Assembly (NCBI GenBank): GCA_964532175.1
Contig: CAZHGP010000005.1
Span: 1-43,781 of the forward strand
Direction: 5' to 3'
Origin: an uncultured Nitrososphaeria archaeon
GTDB lineage: Archaea > Thermoproteota > Nitrososphaeria_A > Caldarchaeales > JAVZCJ01
Length of the DNA stretch: 43,781 bases
In this document: piece by piece, positions 1 to 8,517 of the stretch
Position numbering within the stretch: the first letter of the stretch is position 1
Layout: each line of letters starts with the position of its first letter
Position numbers and translations under genes: made by a program
Notes under the pieces: generated by a model
What the model saw: only the letters and a program-made list of their open reading frames with translations
Databases searched by the model: none
Told to the model about the DNA's origin: nothing

Positions 1-194
1 TTAGTTTTTAATCCTTTCTCTTTTAATAAAATTGTTAAATCATCAAAATAATCATAAAAACCACAACTATAACAAAAACTTCCTTTAAATTCCACTTTAA
101 AATATTCTTTATTGAATGATATCAATCTTGCTTTTGCTTCTGGCACTCTATACTTATTATATTCTTGAATTGTTTCTTCTATTTTTTTCTTCAT
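1..194 (-). CDS. Conserved archaeal hypothetical protein with CxxC (partial, runs off the window start)
   Basis: Manual translation from ATG at 194: MKKKIEETIQEYNKYRVPEAKARLISFNKEYFKVEFKGSFCYSCGFYDYFDDL..., open to the window edge; not in the ORF track. Confidence 0.75.
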   Translation of the reverse strand, partial: MKKKIEETIQEYNKYRVPEAKARLISFNKEYFKVEFKGSFCYSCGFYDYFDDLTILLKEKGLKT

Positions 195-266
195 AATTTT
201 TATTATATTAAAAAATAATTTATTTAAAAACTTTTTTTTAAGGAAAGTTTCTTAATATTCTTTAGA

Positions 267-893
267 ATGAATAGAGAAAATAGAAAAATACTAATATTAA
301 AAGAGAAACTTAAGCAAATACCTAATTATTCAAAAGAACTTGGATTAAATTTAAAAAATGCTAATGATAGATTTAAATGGTTTATAGCCTCAATGCTTTT
401 TGCAAAAAGAATTTCTTCTAATATTGCTAAAAAAACTTTTGAAAAATTCATTGAAGAAGATTTAACAACTATTGATAAAATTTTAGATGCTGGTTGGGAT
501 AAAATTGTTGAAGTGCTTGATTCTGGAGGATATGTAAGATATGATTTTTCAACTGCAACAAATATTCTTGAAAATCTTAGGAAGCTTAAAGAAGAATATA
601 ATGGAAGTTTAGAAATATTACATGAAAAAGCGTTAGATAGCAAGGATCTTGAGAAAAGACTTTTAGAATTTAAAGGCTTTGGTCCAGTAGCTGTAAATAT
701 TTTCTTAAGAGAATTAAGAAATGTATGGAATAAAGCAAATCCAAAACCATCAAAATTAGCTTTAGAAGTAGCTAAGAAATTGAATTTTAAAAATATTGAG
801 AAATACGAATCAAGTTTAGTAAGAATAAATATTGAATATTGTAAAAAACATAAATGTAAAGAATGTTTAGTAAAAGAATATTGTAAGAAATAA
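267..893 (+). CDS. HhH-GPD/endonuclease III-superfamily protein with C-terminal 4-Cys motif
   Basis: FKWFIASML helix, HhH motif LLEFKGFGPVAVNIFLRE, C-terminal C-x4-C-x2-C-x5-C. Confidence 0.75.
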   Translation: MNRENRKILILKEKLKQIPNYSKELGLNLKNANDRFKWFIASMLFAKRISSNIAKKTFEKFIEEDLTTIDKILDAGWDKIVEVLDSGGYVRYDFSTATNILENLRKLKEEYNGSLEILHEKALDSKDLEKRLLEFKGFGPVAVNIFLRELRNVWNKANPKPSKLALEVAKKLNFKNIEKYESSLVRINIEYCKKHKCKECLVKEYCKK

Positions 894-992
894 AAATTAT
901 TTTTCTCTTATTATAAAAATAATGCATTAAAATAAAATTTTTGTAAAAATGAATATATTCAACCTAATACATTATATTAATGTAAAATAAAT

Positions 993-1145
993 ATGGAATA
1001 TGAATTAAAAGTTAAAAAATATAAGAGAATTATAAAGAAAAAAATTTTTAATAATGCTGAATGTATAAATTGCTCTCTAAAGGGGAGCTCCTATTGTTGG
1101 AGAAGTTGCCCATACAATTCTTGGAGAGGAAAACAAATAGAATAA
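993..1145 (+). CDS. 50-aa Cys-rich microprotein (putative Zn/Fe-S binding)
   Basis: Manual translation MEYELKVKKYKRIIKKKIFNNAECINCSLKGSSYCWRSCPYNSWRGKQIE; C-x2-C-x7-C-x3-CP; shorter than any ORF in the track. Confidence 0.55.
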   Translation: MEYELKVKKYKRIIKKKIFNNAECINCSLKGSSYCWRSCPYNSWRGKQIE

Positions 1146-1333
1146 TTTTCTTATATTTCTTATTAAAAAGTATCCTTTAATCTTTGATTAAAAAGCAATT
1201 AGAAATTTTATGCTTCTATTGTAAAAAATAGAGGAGTAAATATTCTTTAAGAATTTACATAATATATCAAAATATAAAAATGAAGCGATAAAACTTTTTT
1301 AAACTTATATTCTAGATTTTTTACTATTGTTTT

Positions 1334-1969
1334 ATGCTTCCCAAAATAATTTTAGCTTTGTTTATTATTATTTGTTTAATAGTCTTCTTCATTTTTAATT
1401 TAATAAATTTCATTAAGAATAGAAATGGAAGATTAAAAGCTTATGCTGAAATTGAAAGACCAAGTGGTATTGCTTTCGAGTTAACCGTTTTAGGAACATT
1501 TTTCTTTTTTATCGAATCTTTTTTATATCCCTTTTTAGTTTTTATAGGACATGCATCTTTAATTGATTTTCCACCTTTAAAACTTCAATTTGAATTTGAT
1601 TCGTATGTGCAACTTTTAGGAATGATTCTAACATTTTTTGGATACTTTATTTTTTTATGGAGTGTTTTTGCACGTGGTCGTTATGCAACTTCATGGGAAA
1701 TGCCTGAGAATCATAAACTTGTAACATGGGGGCCATATCATTATGTGCGTCATCCATCTTATTTAGCATATTTTTTAATGTTTTTTGGGTTATTTTTTAT
1801 GCTATTAAACTTGTTAGCTTTACTCCCTCTTATAGCAATTCCAGGATACATAAAAATTACTGAATATGAAGAAAAATTATTAATAAAAAGATTTGGTGAA
1901 AAATATATTGAATATCAAAGGAAAACTGGGAAATTCATTCCTAAGATATTTTCTTTAAATGAATCTTAA
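1334..1969 (+). CDS. Isoprenylcysteine carboxyl methyltransferase (ICMT/STE14)/PEMT-family membrane methyltransferase
   Basis: Several TM helices; signatures HKLVTWGPYHYVRHPSY and EEKLLIKRFGEKYIEYQRKTGKFIP. Confidence 0.9.
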   Translation: MLPKIILALFIIICLIVFFIFNLINFIKNRNGRLKAYAEIERPSGIAFELTVLGTFFFFIESFLYPFLVFIGHASLIDFPPLKLQFEFDSYVQLLGMILTFFGYFIFLWSVFARGRYATSWEMPENHKLVTWGPYHYVRHPSYLAYFLMFFGLFFMLLNLLALLPLIAIPGYIKITEYEEKLLIKRFGEKYIEYQRKTGKFIPKIFSLNES

Positions 1970-2490
1970 CTCAATTTAGTTCCTAATTTTTCTAAAACAG
2001 GTAAAACAATTTTCTCAACTTGATATTTTTTTATTCTTTCTTTAAGATATTCAAAATCTATTTCTTCATTTTTTATCATGCTTTTTATATCTTCTATATC
2101 ATGCTTACCTTCTTTTTCGCTTCTTTGTAATATTGCTTTAAGTATTATATTATCTTCTACAGGTATTAAAGGTACTTCTATATCAAAAAGTTTTCTATAT
2201 TTTATTCGTTTTATCATTTCATTATCCATTGAAAAGTAATAGGTTCTATTATTTTTTACTATTTTTAAATCAGATATAATATCGATCCCTTTAATATTTT
2301 TAAAAGCATTTTTAGCTTTTTCAAAATCTATATCTTTAACAAGAATATCAATATCAGTAATTTCTCTTTTACTTCCATAGCAATATGCTGCTACTCCTGC
2401 AAAAATCATCCATGGAATATCAATTTCTCTAAAAATATCCTTTATTTGGATTAATTTGGATCTAATATTCCTTGCTTCATAGCTTTCCAT
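1966..2490 (-). CDS. Pol-beta-superfamily nucleotidyltransferase
   Basis: IFAGVAAYCYG...TDIDILV (G...DxD) motif and C-terminal LK...R...KHDIEDI. Confidence 0.8.
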   Translation of the reverse strand: MESYEARNIRSKLIQIKDIFREIDIPWMIFAGVAAYCYGSKREITDIDILVKDIDFEKAKNAFKNIKGIDIISDLKIVKNNRTYYFSMDNEMIKRIKYRKLFDIEVPLIPVEDNIILKAILQRSEKEGKHDIEDIKSMIKNEEIDFEYLKERIKKYQVEKIVLPVLEKLGTKLS

Positions 2491-2653
2491 TTTTTATTCA
2501 AAAGATTAGTTAAATGAAAATATAAATCATTTTCTTTTATAATTAAGAAAAATGAATTTTTCTAATATTTAAATCATAGATACGAATAAGAAAATTAATC
2601 ATGAAAAATATCCTTATAAATGCTTTTCACTTCTTCTATTTAGGAAATATAAA
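2476..2653. repeat. Degenerate direct repeat, copy 1 (NTase start, divergent promoter, dead GNAT 5' fragment at 2552-2662)
   Basis: Aligns by eye to 4453-4637, e.g. ttcatagcttt..attcaaaaga..ttagtt.aatgaa.atataaat ... atgaaaaatatc.ttataaatg..tttcac; translation MNFSNI*IIDTNKKINHEKYPYKCFS. Confidence 0.75.
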
Positions 2654-2699
2654 GAATTATAGACATAATGACTTACTCAATTTGTATATGATGCTTGAA

Positions 2700-2875
2700 A
2701 TTTACTAAATATCCTATTTATAAGTTAAGTAAAGATAATGATATTTTAGTTTAGTCTCATAAAATACTCATGAATTAACTTATTTTTCATATCAGCAATT
2801 TCTTTCTATGAGGTTATTAGTATTTTTCTTTAATTTTCTGCTAAAAAATCTAAAAATTTTTGCCTTCTCTATTTT
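2700..2875 (-). pseudogene. Relic of HepT/DUF86-type HEPN ribonuclease toxin
   Basis: Minus strand 2808-2761 reads *KEIADMKNKLIHEYF, matching the family motif W-K-E-I-A-G-M-R-N-K-L-I-H-E-Y-F; flanked by stops. Boundaries approximate. Confidence 0.6.
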
Positions 2876-2910
2876 AAATGGCAAATATATAACTAATTGT
2901 TATTTATTTA

Positions 2911-3270
2911 ATGAAGAAGTTAAATAAGCATATGAAAGATAAAGTTATTCTTTCTTGGAGTGGAGGTAAAGATAGTGCATTTTCTTTATATAAAATTATA
3001 AATGAAAGTAAATTAGAATGTGTAGGATTATTGACAACGTTTACTAAAGAATATGATAGAGTTACTATGCATGGTGTAAGACGCTCATTAATAGAAAAAC
3101 AAGCATCATTGCTTAATATTCCATTAGAAAAAGTTTACATTCCAAAAAATTGTTCAATAGAAGAATATGGCATAATAATGAGAAGTGTTTTAATAAAATA
3201 TAAAGAAAAAGGAATAAAAGGATTTGTTTTTGGTGATATTTTTCTTGAAGATGGATATTATAGTTATTAA
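2911..3270 (+). pseudogene. Truncated PP-loop ATP pyrophosphatase (diphthine-ammonia ligase/Dph6-like family)
   Basis: SWSGGKDS PP-loop, RVTMHGV and VFGDIFLED, then a stop at 119 aa, about half the usual family length. Confidence 0.75.
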
Positions 3271-3507
3271 AATTAAGAAAATTGCAATATTTTTTAATTT
3301 TTTAAAAATAATAATTTATTTTTATGAGAAATACTAATTACCTTTAGAAACTTTCTTTTCTTAATTCGACTAATTTAATCTTAATTTTCTTCAATTATAG
3401 ATATATGTTTTCAGGAGAGTCTTATTCTAGCTAATTATCTTTTTTCAATATTATCAATTCTTACATTTAAAACCTTAGTTTCTTCCAGTTATTTCACTTA
3501 ATTAAGA

Positions 3508-3533
3508 AAAACTTTAAATACTGACTTTAGTAT
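3508..3533 (+). promoter_or_regulatory. vapBC BRE/TATA plus candidate autoregulatory operator
   Basis: AAAAC-TTTAAATA overlapping the imperfect palindrome ATACTGA-CT-TTAGTAT (3518-3533). Confidence 0.45.
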
Positions 3534-3556
3534 ATTCGGTATAGAAGGTAAATAAG

Positions 3557-3826
3557 TTGGCTAAGATAAAAACAAGCATTTACATAGATAAAGACTTATG
3601 GGAGAAATTAAAATCGGTTGCTTTAAAAAATGGGCTAGAAGTATCTCAAATGCTTGAGGAGATCATTAAGAACGAAATAATAGAGGATTTTCTGGAACAA
3701 GTTTTAGAGAGAATAGAGAATTTTGAAAGCTACGAAATAGATTTCGAACCTTTAGAACCTGAGAAAGGATTCGTGAGCGAACTCATTAGGGTCATGAGAA
3801 ATGAAAGAAGCAATAATATATCTTGA
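3557..3826 (+). CDS. vapB: Ribbon-helix-helix (CopG-like) antitoxin
   Basis: KTSIYIDKDLWEKLK RHH beta-strand/helix; C-terminal VSELIRVMRNER; overlaps the PIN gene. Confidence 0.8.
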   Translation: MAKIKTSIYIDKDLWEKLKSVALKNGLEVSQMLEEIIKNEIIEDFLEQVLERIENFESYEIDFEPLEPEKGFVSELIRVMRNERSNNIS

Positions 3827-4256
3827 CTCAAGCATTATAATAAAAAGGTATGTGAAAGAACCGGGAAGCGAATCTGTTAGAAATATTTTTTTGAAAACAT
3901 ATTCAGGAGAATTGACACTGACTTTTAGTAGTTGGAACATAGGTGAGGTTTTAGGGGCTCTTGATAGAGCTATGGTACAGAACAGGTTGAGTAAAGAGAA
4001 ACATGCAATTTCTAAAAAGCGTTTCTTATTTGAAACTAGGAGGCTTATAAAATTAGGTAGGCTAATGCTGATACCCATAAGAATAAGAATTCTTTCTGAA
4101 AGTTGGAAACTTATTGAGAAATATCATATACATCAAGCTGATGCTTTACAAATAGCTTCAGCAAAAAATGTAAATGCTTCACAATTCTTAGTAAGTGATA
4201 AGAAGCTTCATGAAATTGCTGAAATGGAAAACTTAAACAGTGTTTATATATCTTAA
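3801..4256 (+). CDS. vapC: PIN-domain toxin
   Basis: IYLDSSIIIKRY, GEV, ADALQIASA and FLVSDKKL PIN motifs. Confidence 0.9.
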   Translation: MKEAIIYLDSSIIIKRYVKEPGSESVRNIFLKTYSGELTLTFSSWNIGEVLGALDRAMVQNRLSKEKHAISKKRFLFETRRLIKLGRLMLIPIRIRILSESWKLIEKYHIHQADALQIASAKNVNASQFLVSDKKLHEIAEMENLNSVYIS

Positions 4257-4320
4257 AATAACACGATTTTCCCATTAGATAATGCTAATTCTTAGAACTA
4301 GCATTCGAGTCTTTCTTTTC

Positions 4321-4405
4321 AATCCCAATGCCAAAGGACATTAAGCCATAAGAGAATTGCTAAAGAGATAGAAAAAGTTAAAATAAGGAAAAGCCAGAGT
4401 CATAA
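4321..4405 (+). pseudogene. Possible relic of an SGNH/GDSL hydrolase C-terminus
   Basis: Reads NPNAKGH / HKRIAKEIEKVK across a small insertion, resembling the DxxHPNxxGHxxIAxxI block. Confidence 0.3.
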
Positions 4406-4452
4406 CTTTTATTTTTTAAAATATTATTTCTTTAATTATTTTTATTCTTTAA

Positions 4453-4637
4453 TTCATAGCTTTTCATAATATTCAAAAGAAATTTAGTTGAATGAAGATA
4501 TAAATATATAATTATTTTTCTTTATAATTAAGGAAGTGAGGCCTTCTAATTTAAAAATTATCGACATAACTAAGAAATTTAATTATGAAAAATATCTTTA
4601 TAAATGTCTTTCACCTATTCCATTTAGAAAATATAAA
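4453..4637. repeat. Degenerate direct repeat, copy 2
   Basis: Partner of 2476-2653; carries a dead NTase-like start on the minus strand (MKSYE vs MESYE) and the GNAT start on the plus strand. Confidence 0.75.
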
Positions 4638-5158
4638 AAGAGAAGTGAATATTTAGAATTAGCTATTCCAAAAGGTTTTCATAAAAAATTTAATTTTTAA
4701 TGGAGAAGTAGTTGGTCAAATTGAATATGCACCAGCTAAAGTGTCTGGTTACCCTATTATAGGGGATAACTTAATTGTAATGAATTGTATTTGGGTTTTA
4801 AGAAAAGCTAAGGGACATAATTTTTGGGAAGAAATTATTATTTAGCATGATAGAAGATAATAAAAGTGCATCTAGTTTTGCTACAATAGCATTAGAAAAT
4901 CATTGAGTGGATGGTTTAAAAAAAGAACAAATAATGAAACCTGAATTTAAACCAATAGACTATATTGAGTTTTCACATAAATTAAAACATAAAGATGAAT
5001 ATTTTAAAATTTATCTTATGTGGTTTCCAATAAATAAGAATGCAATAAAACCAAAATTTTATAAATCCAAACTTCTTGAAGGGATAGATTTTTGTATTGC
5101 TCATTCACTCTATCATTCAGAAAAATTAAAGTTAAAAGAAATACTTATAAAACATTAA
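4536..5158 (+). pseudogene. Frameshifted GNAT-family acetyltransferase (YoaP-like)
   Basis: From GTG 4536: RPSNLKIIDITKKFNYEKYLYKCLSPIPFRKY.../ IFNGEVVGQIEYAP...IVMNCIWVLRKAKGHNF / GKKLLFSMIED...; frameshifts near 4690 and 4825 and a stop near 4905. Track ORF 4907-5158 is the last piece. Confidence 0.75.
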
Positions 5159-5209
5159 TTTTAATAAAAATATATTAATTATTTTAATTATTATATTAAT
5201 GATGAAAAT

Positions 5210-5434
5210 ATGGTAATAGCTTGTATATTAATTTGTTGTGAAGCTGGAAAATATAAAGATATAGTATCAGAGATTAAGAAGATTGAAGGTGTAAAAGAAG
5301 CATTTGGTGTTCATGGAAGATGGGATGTTGTTGCTGAAGTAGAAGCTCCTGACCTTAAAGCACTTAGTGAAATTTCACTAAAGCTTCATGGATTAGAAGG
5401 AGTAAAAGCTACAGAAACTCTTATTAGTTTTTAA
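5210..5434 (+). CDS. Stand-alone Lrp/AsnC ligand-binding (RAM) domain protein
   Basis: GVKEAFGVHGRWDVVAEV...GVKATETLI; no HTH. Confidence 0.9.
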   Translation: MVIACILICCEAGKYKDIVSEIKKIEGVKEAFGVHGRWDVVAEVEAPDLKALSEISLKLHGLEGVKATETLISF

Positions 5435-5448
5435 GAGGTGTTAAAAGT

Positions 5449-5676
5449 ATGAGAGCTTGTATTTTAATTAGAATTCTTCCAAGAAAAGGGGCTGAAGTTT
5501 TAGAAAGCGTAAAAAAGTTTCCCGAAATTAAAAGTGCTTATTTTGTATTTGGAAGATACGACATTGTTGCTTTTGCAGAAGCTCCATCCTTTGAAGCTTT
5601 AAGCAGTTTAATATCTAAAATAAATGCAATTTCAGGAATTAAAAGCACAGAGTCGCTTATGGAAACTATCCAATAG
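5449..5676 (+). CDS. Stand-alone Lrp/AsnC ligand-binding (RAM) domain protein
   Basis: AYFVFGRYDIVAF...GIKSTESL; Shine-Dalgarno (SD) GAGGTG upstream. Confidence 0.9.
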   Translation: MRACILIRILPRKGAEVLESVKKFPEIKSAYFVFGRYDIVAFAEAPSFEALSSLISKINAISGIKSTESLMETIQ

Positions 5677-5760
5677 AAACTCAACTAATTAAATAATCCC
5701 CATTTTTTTTATTTTTTAGAAACTCGTATAGATTTTTTAATAAAAAACTATAGTGAAATT

Positions 5761-6573
5761 TCACACAAATTCATAAACCATATTAACATTCATAGATACT
5801 GTAAGTTCTTCTGGAGCTATTATAGGTGTTTCAGGTATTGTGATAGCTTCTTTCATTAATTCATACCTTATAGGAGAAACATATACTCCAATATCTATTT
5901 TCTTCGGACCTATAATCTTTACTCCTGCAGCTTTAGCAACAGTTTCAGCTTTTGTTTTTGCATCTTCAACAGCTTTAGTTAAAGCTTCAATTTTAAGCTT
6001 TTCGATAGTTTCTTCTTTTAAAGAAAATGTTATTGAAGAAACTTCATTAACTCCAGCTAAAACAGCTATATCTATTATTTTACCAACTTTATTCAATTCT
6101 TCTAATGTTACTTTTATAGTATTTACACATTGATAACCAACTAACACAGATCTTCTAATCCTTTCATCATATTCATATACTGGTTGTAAACTATATCTTG
6201 TAGTTTCTATTTGTTTTTCTTTTATTCCAGCATTTTTTAAAGCATTAATCGCATTATTCATTTTTTCAGCATTAAGTAATTGAGCATTAAATGCAGATTC
6301 ATCTTTAGTAATTACACTTAAATATACTATTGCGACTTCAGGTTTACTACTAGCAACTCCAGTTCCACTTACTGTTATAGTTTTTTCTCCTTCTGTAATT
6401 ATTTCTTTTGAAATAGTTGATTTTATAATATCTTCATTTTTTATTTCACTATATGACAAAGGTGCAGATTTTAAAATCGAATAAAACGGCATTAACATTA
6501 CTAGGTTTATAATCAATAAAGCTATTGTGATTACTACGAGTGCTATAAAAACTATTTTTCCTTTTTCAAACAT
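5761..6573 (-). CDS. SIMPL domain (DUF541/YggE) membrane-anchored protein
   Basis: N-terminal TM; TITVSGTG...PEVA, IETTRYSLQPVY, AVEDAKTKAE. Confidence 0.9.
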   Translation of the reverse strand: MFEKGKIVFIALVVITIALLIINLVMLMPFYSILKSAPLSYSEIKNEDIIKSTISKEIITEGEKTITVSGTGVASSKPEVAIVYLSVITKDESAFNAQLLNAEKMNNAINALKNAGIKEKQIETTRYSLQPVYEYDERIRRSVLVGYQCVNTIKVTLEELNKVGKIIDIAVLAGVNEVSSITFSLKEETIEKLKIEALTKAVEDAKTKAETVAKAAGVKIIGPKKIDIGVYVSPIRYELMKEAITIPETPIIAPEELTVSMNVNMVYEFV

Positions 6574-6730
6574 TTTTAACCACTTTTTCTATTTAAAATA
6601 TAGTGATGGTTAAATTTAATCGTATGCTTTAGAACGAATTGTCCATTATTTAGAACAGTAAGAAATAACATAAATTTTTTCAAAAATACTTTAAGAAACA
6701 TTTGAATATACGAGGAATAATTAAATATCA

Positions 6731-7951
6731 TTAATTGCTATCAAATTCTTCATTTCTCATTAAAATATAGAATATTATAACATAAAATATATAGAATACA
6801 GAAGTTGCATAAGGTGGTGAATCAACCATTATATTATCCATCATATACCCTCCTATCGGCATACCTAATGCATTTGAAATAGACCAGCTTAAATTTGATA
6901 AACTATTTACAGTGGCTCTTTCTTCTTCTTTAACAAGTTTCATAAGTAATGATCCTATAAGTGGATTTGCCATATTCATCATAGCTTGTCTATAAATATA
7001 AATTATTGAAGCTATTGTAAAATTTGGTGAAAATGTAATAAATATTAATCCTGGAATAGAAGCTAATTGTGTATATATTATAGTCATTAATGTTCCTATT
7101 CTTTTTGAAATTTTTGGAGCTATTAAGAAAGTTGGTGAACATGCGATATTTGCAATAAAACTAAGAGTGCCATATGCATCTTCTCTAATTCCAAACTTTT
7201 TATAAAAATAATAACCAAACATTTGAATAGTCATACCTGCACCAAAAGCAACAATAGCATTTGCTATCATATATTTTAAAGCTATTCTACTAGACTTTAT
7301 CTTAAGACTTAATCTTCTTTTCCCTTTTGATTGACCAATAGCTTTAACCATTAATATTGGAATAACAGATAAAAACATTAAAATTGCAATCAATCCAAGA
7401 GCAATTTTATAAGAATCGGTTAATTCATAATTAAATTTCGCATTAAGAATACTAGGTGTCCAACTAAGTATGCTTCCAATAGCAAATGAAAATGATTGAA
7501 AAAAAGCATTCACACTAAAACCAAAATCCATTTCTCTTTTATCTAATGTGTCCGCAAAAAGAGCTGAAAAAGTTGACCATGATAAAGCAGAGGATAGACC
7601 TAAAATTGCTGAAGAAAAAGCAACAATTGGAAAATATGTAGAAAAAAGAATTATTATTATGGGAGGTATACTTAATAAAGTACCAATTACTAATGTTCTT
7701 CTTCTTCCGTAATTGTCTGCTATTAATCCTCCAGGAATCATTGAGACTGAAGTTACTATATTTGTTATCATAAGTATCATTCCTAACATTGTACCATCGT
7801 AGCCTACATGTATAAGGTAAAATTGAAAAACAACAGAATAAAGTCCAAAAGCAATCCATGCGATAAAATCTGACAAAATCATAAGTTTTGCGTCTTTTCT
7901 AAGACGATTAATACCGCTTATTAATTCGATTGTTTTCTTTTTTGCATTCAA
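6731..7951 (-). CDS. MFS transporter
   Basis: About 12 TM helices; MFS motif A GGLIADNYGRRR. Confidence 0.92.
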   Translation of the reverse strand: MNAKKKTIELISGINRLRKDAKLMILSDFIAWIAFGLYSVVFQFYLIHVGYDGTMLGMILMITNIVTSVSMIPGGLIADNYGRRRTLVIGTLLSIPPIIIILFSTYFPIVAFSSAILGLSSALSWSTFSALFADTLDKREMDFGFSVNAFFQSFSFAIGSILSWTPSILNAKFNYELTDSYKIALGLIAILMFLSVIPILMVKAIGQSKGKRRLSLKIKSSRIALKYMIANAIVAFGAGMTIQMFGYYFYKKFGIREDAYGTLSFIANIACSPTFLIAPKISKRIGTLMTIIYTQLASIPGLIFITFSPNFTIASIIYIYRQAMMNMANPLIGSLLMKLVKEEERATVNSLSNLSWSISNALGMPIGGYMMDNIMVDSPPYATSVFYIFYVIIFYILMRNEEFDSN

Positions 7952-8190
7952 AGTTTATCACAATAATGTCAATTTTTCTTATTTAATGATTTTTAAAGAA
8001 GTTAAAAGAAAGATAAATATAAATTTTTTCAAATTTTATTTTCTTTTTGCCTTTTTAATAATTTTTCTTAAAAGTTGATGTTATGAATATATTCTCTAAT
8101 TTTAATCTTCTAATATTTGGATATATTAAAGGAGATAAGATCTCTTTTTTGGCTAAATCCTTATATTTAAATTTGATTATTTAATTTCTT

Positions 8191-8517
8191 ATGTCATTGG
8201 AAGATAAATTAAAAGACTTTCTTGAAAATGGAAAAGATTGGGAAAGGAGACAAACAACAATTGCAGGGGTATTCCTTTTAAAAATCCCTCAATTAAAAAG
8301 CAAGCCAGCAAATATAGCTGTAGAATTAAATCCAGTAGATGAATATGGAAATCCAACTAAAAGAAGAGGAGTAATATTAAGAAATTTAGAAGAATTAAAA
8401 GAATTTAGAAATTTAATAAATAATGAAAAATTAGAATATCTTTTAAAAGTTTTAGATGATGTTAATCCAAAAGCTATAAAAAGAGCTAGACCAAGTAAAG
8501 AAGCAATAGAGATATGA
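8191..8517 (+). CDS. Conserved archaeal protein, PC4/Sub1-like ssDNA-binding fold suspected
   Basis: VELNPVDEYGNPTKRRGVILRNLEELKEF resembles the PC4 signature; ATGA overlap with the helicase gene. Confidence 0.6.
   Translation: MSLEDKLKDFLENGKDWERRQTTIAGVFLLKIPQLKSKPANIAVELNPVDEYGNPTKRRGVILRNLEELKEFRNLINNEKLEYLLKVLDDVNPKAIKRARPSKEAIEI

Noticed and set aside
3390-3497. Minus-strand protein-like stretch (LEETKVLNVRIDNIEKR) between the PP-loop fragment and vapB
   Set aside because: Multiple stops and no recognisable family; possibly another relic but not supportable.
4907-5158. 83-aa track ORF as an independent gene
   Set aside because: It is the last fragment of the frameshifted GNAT pseudogene starting at 4536.
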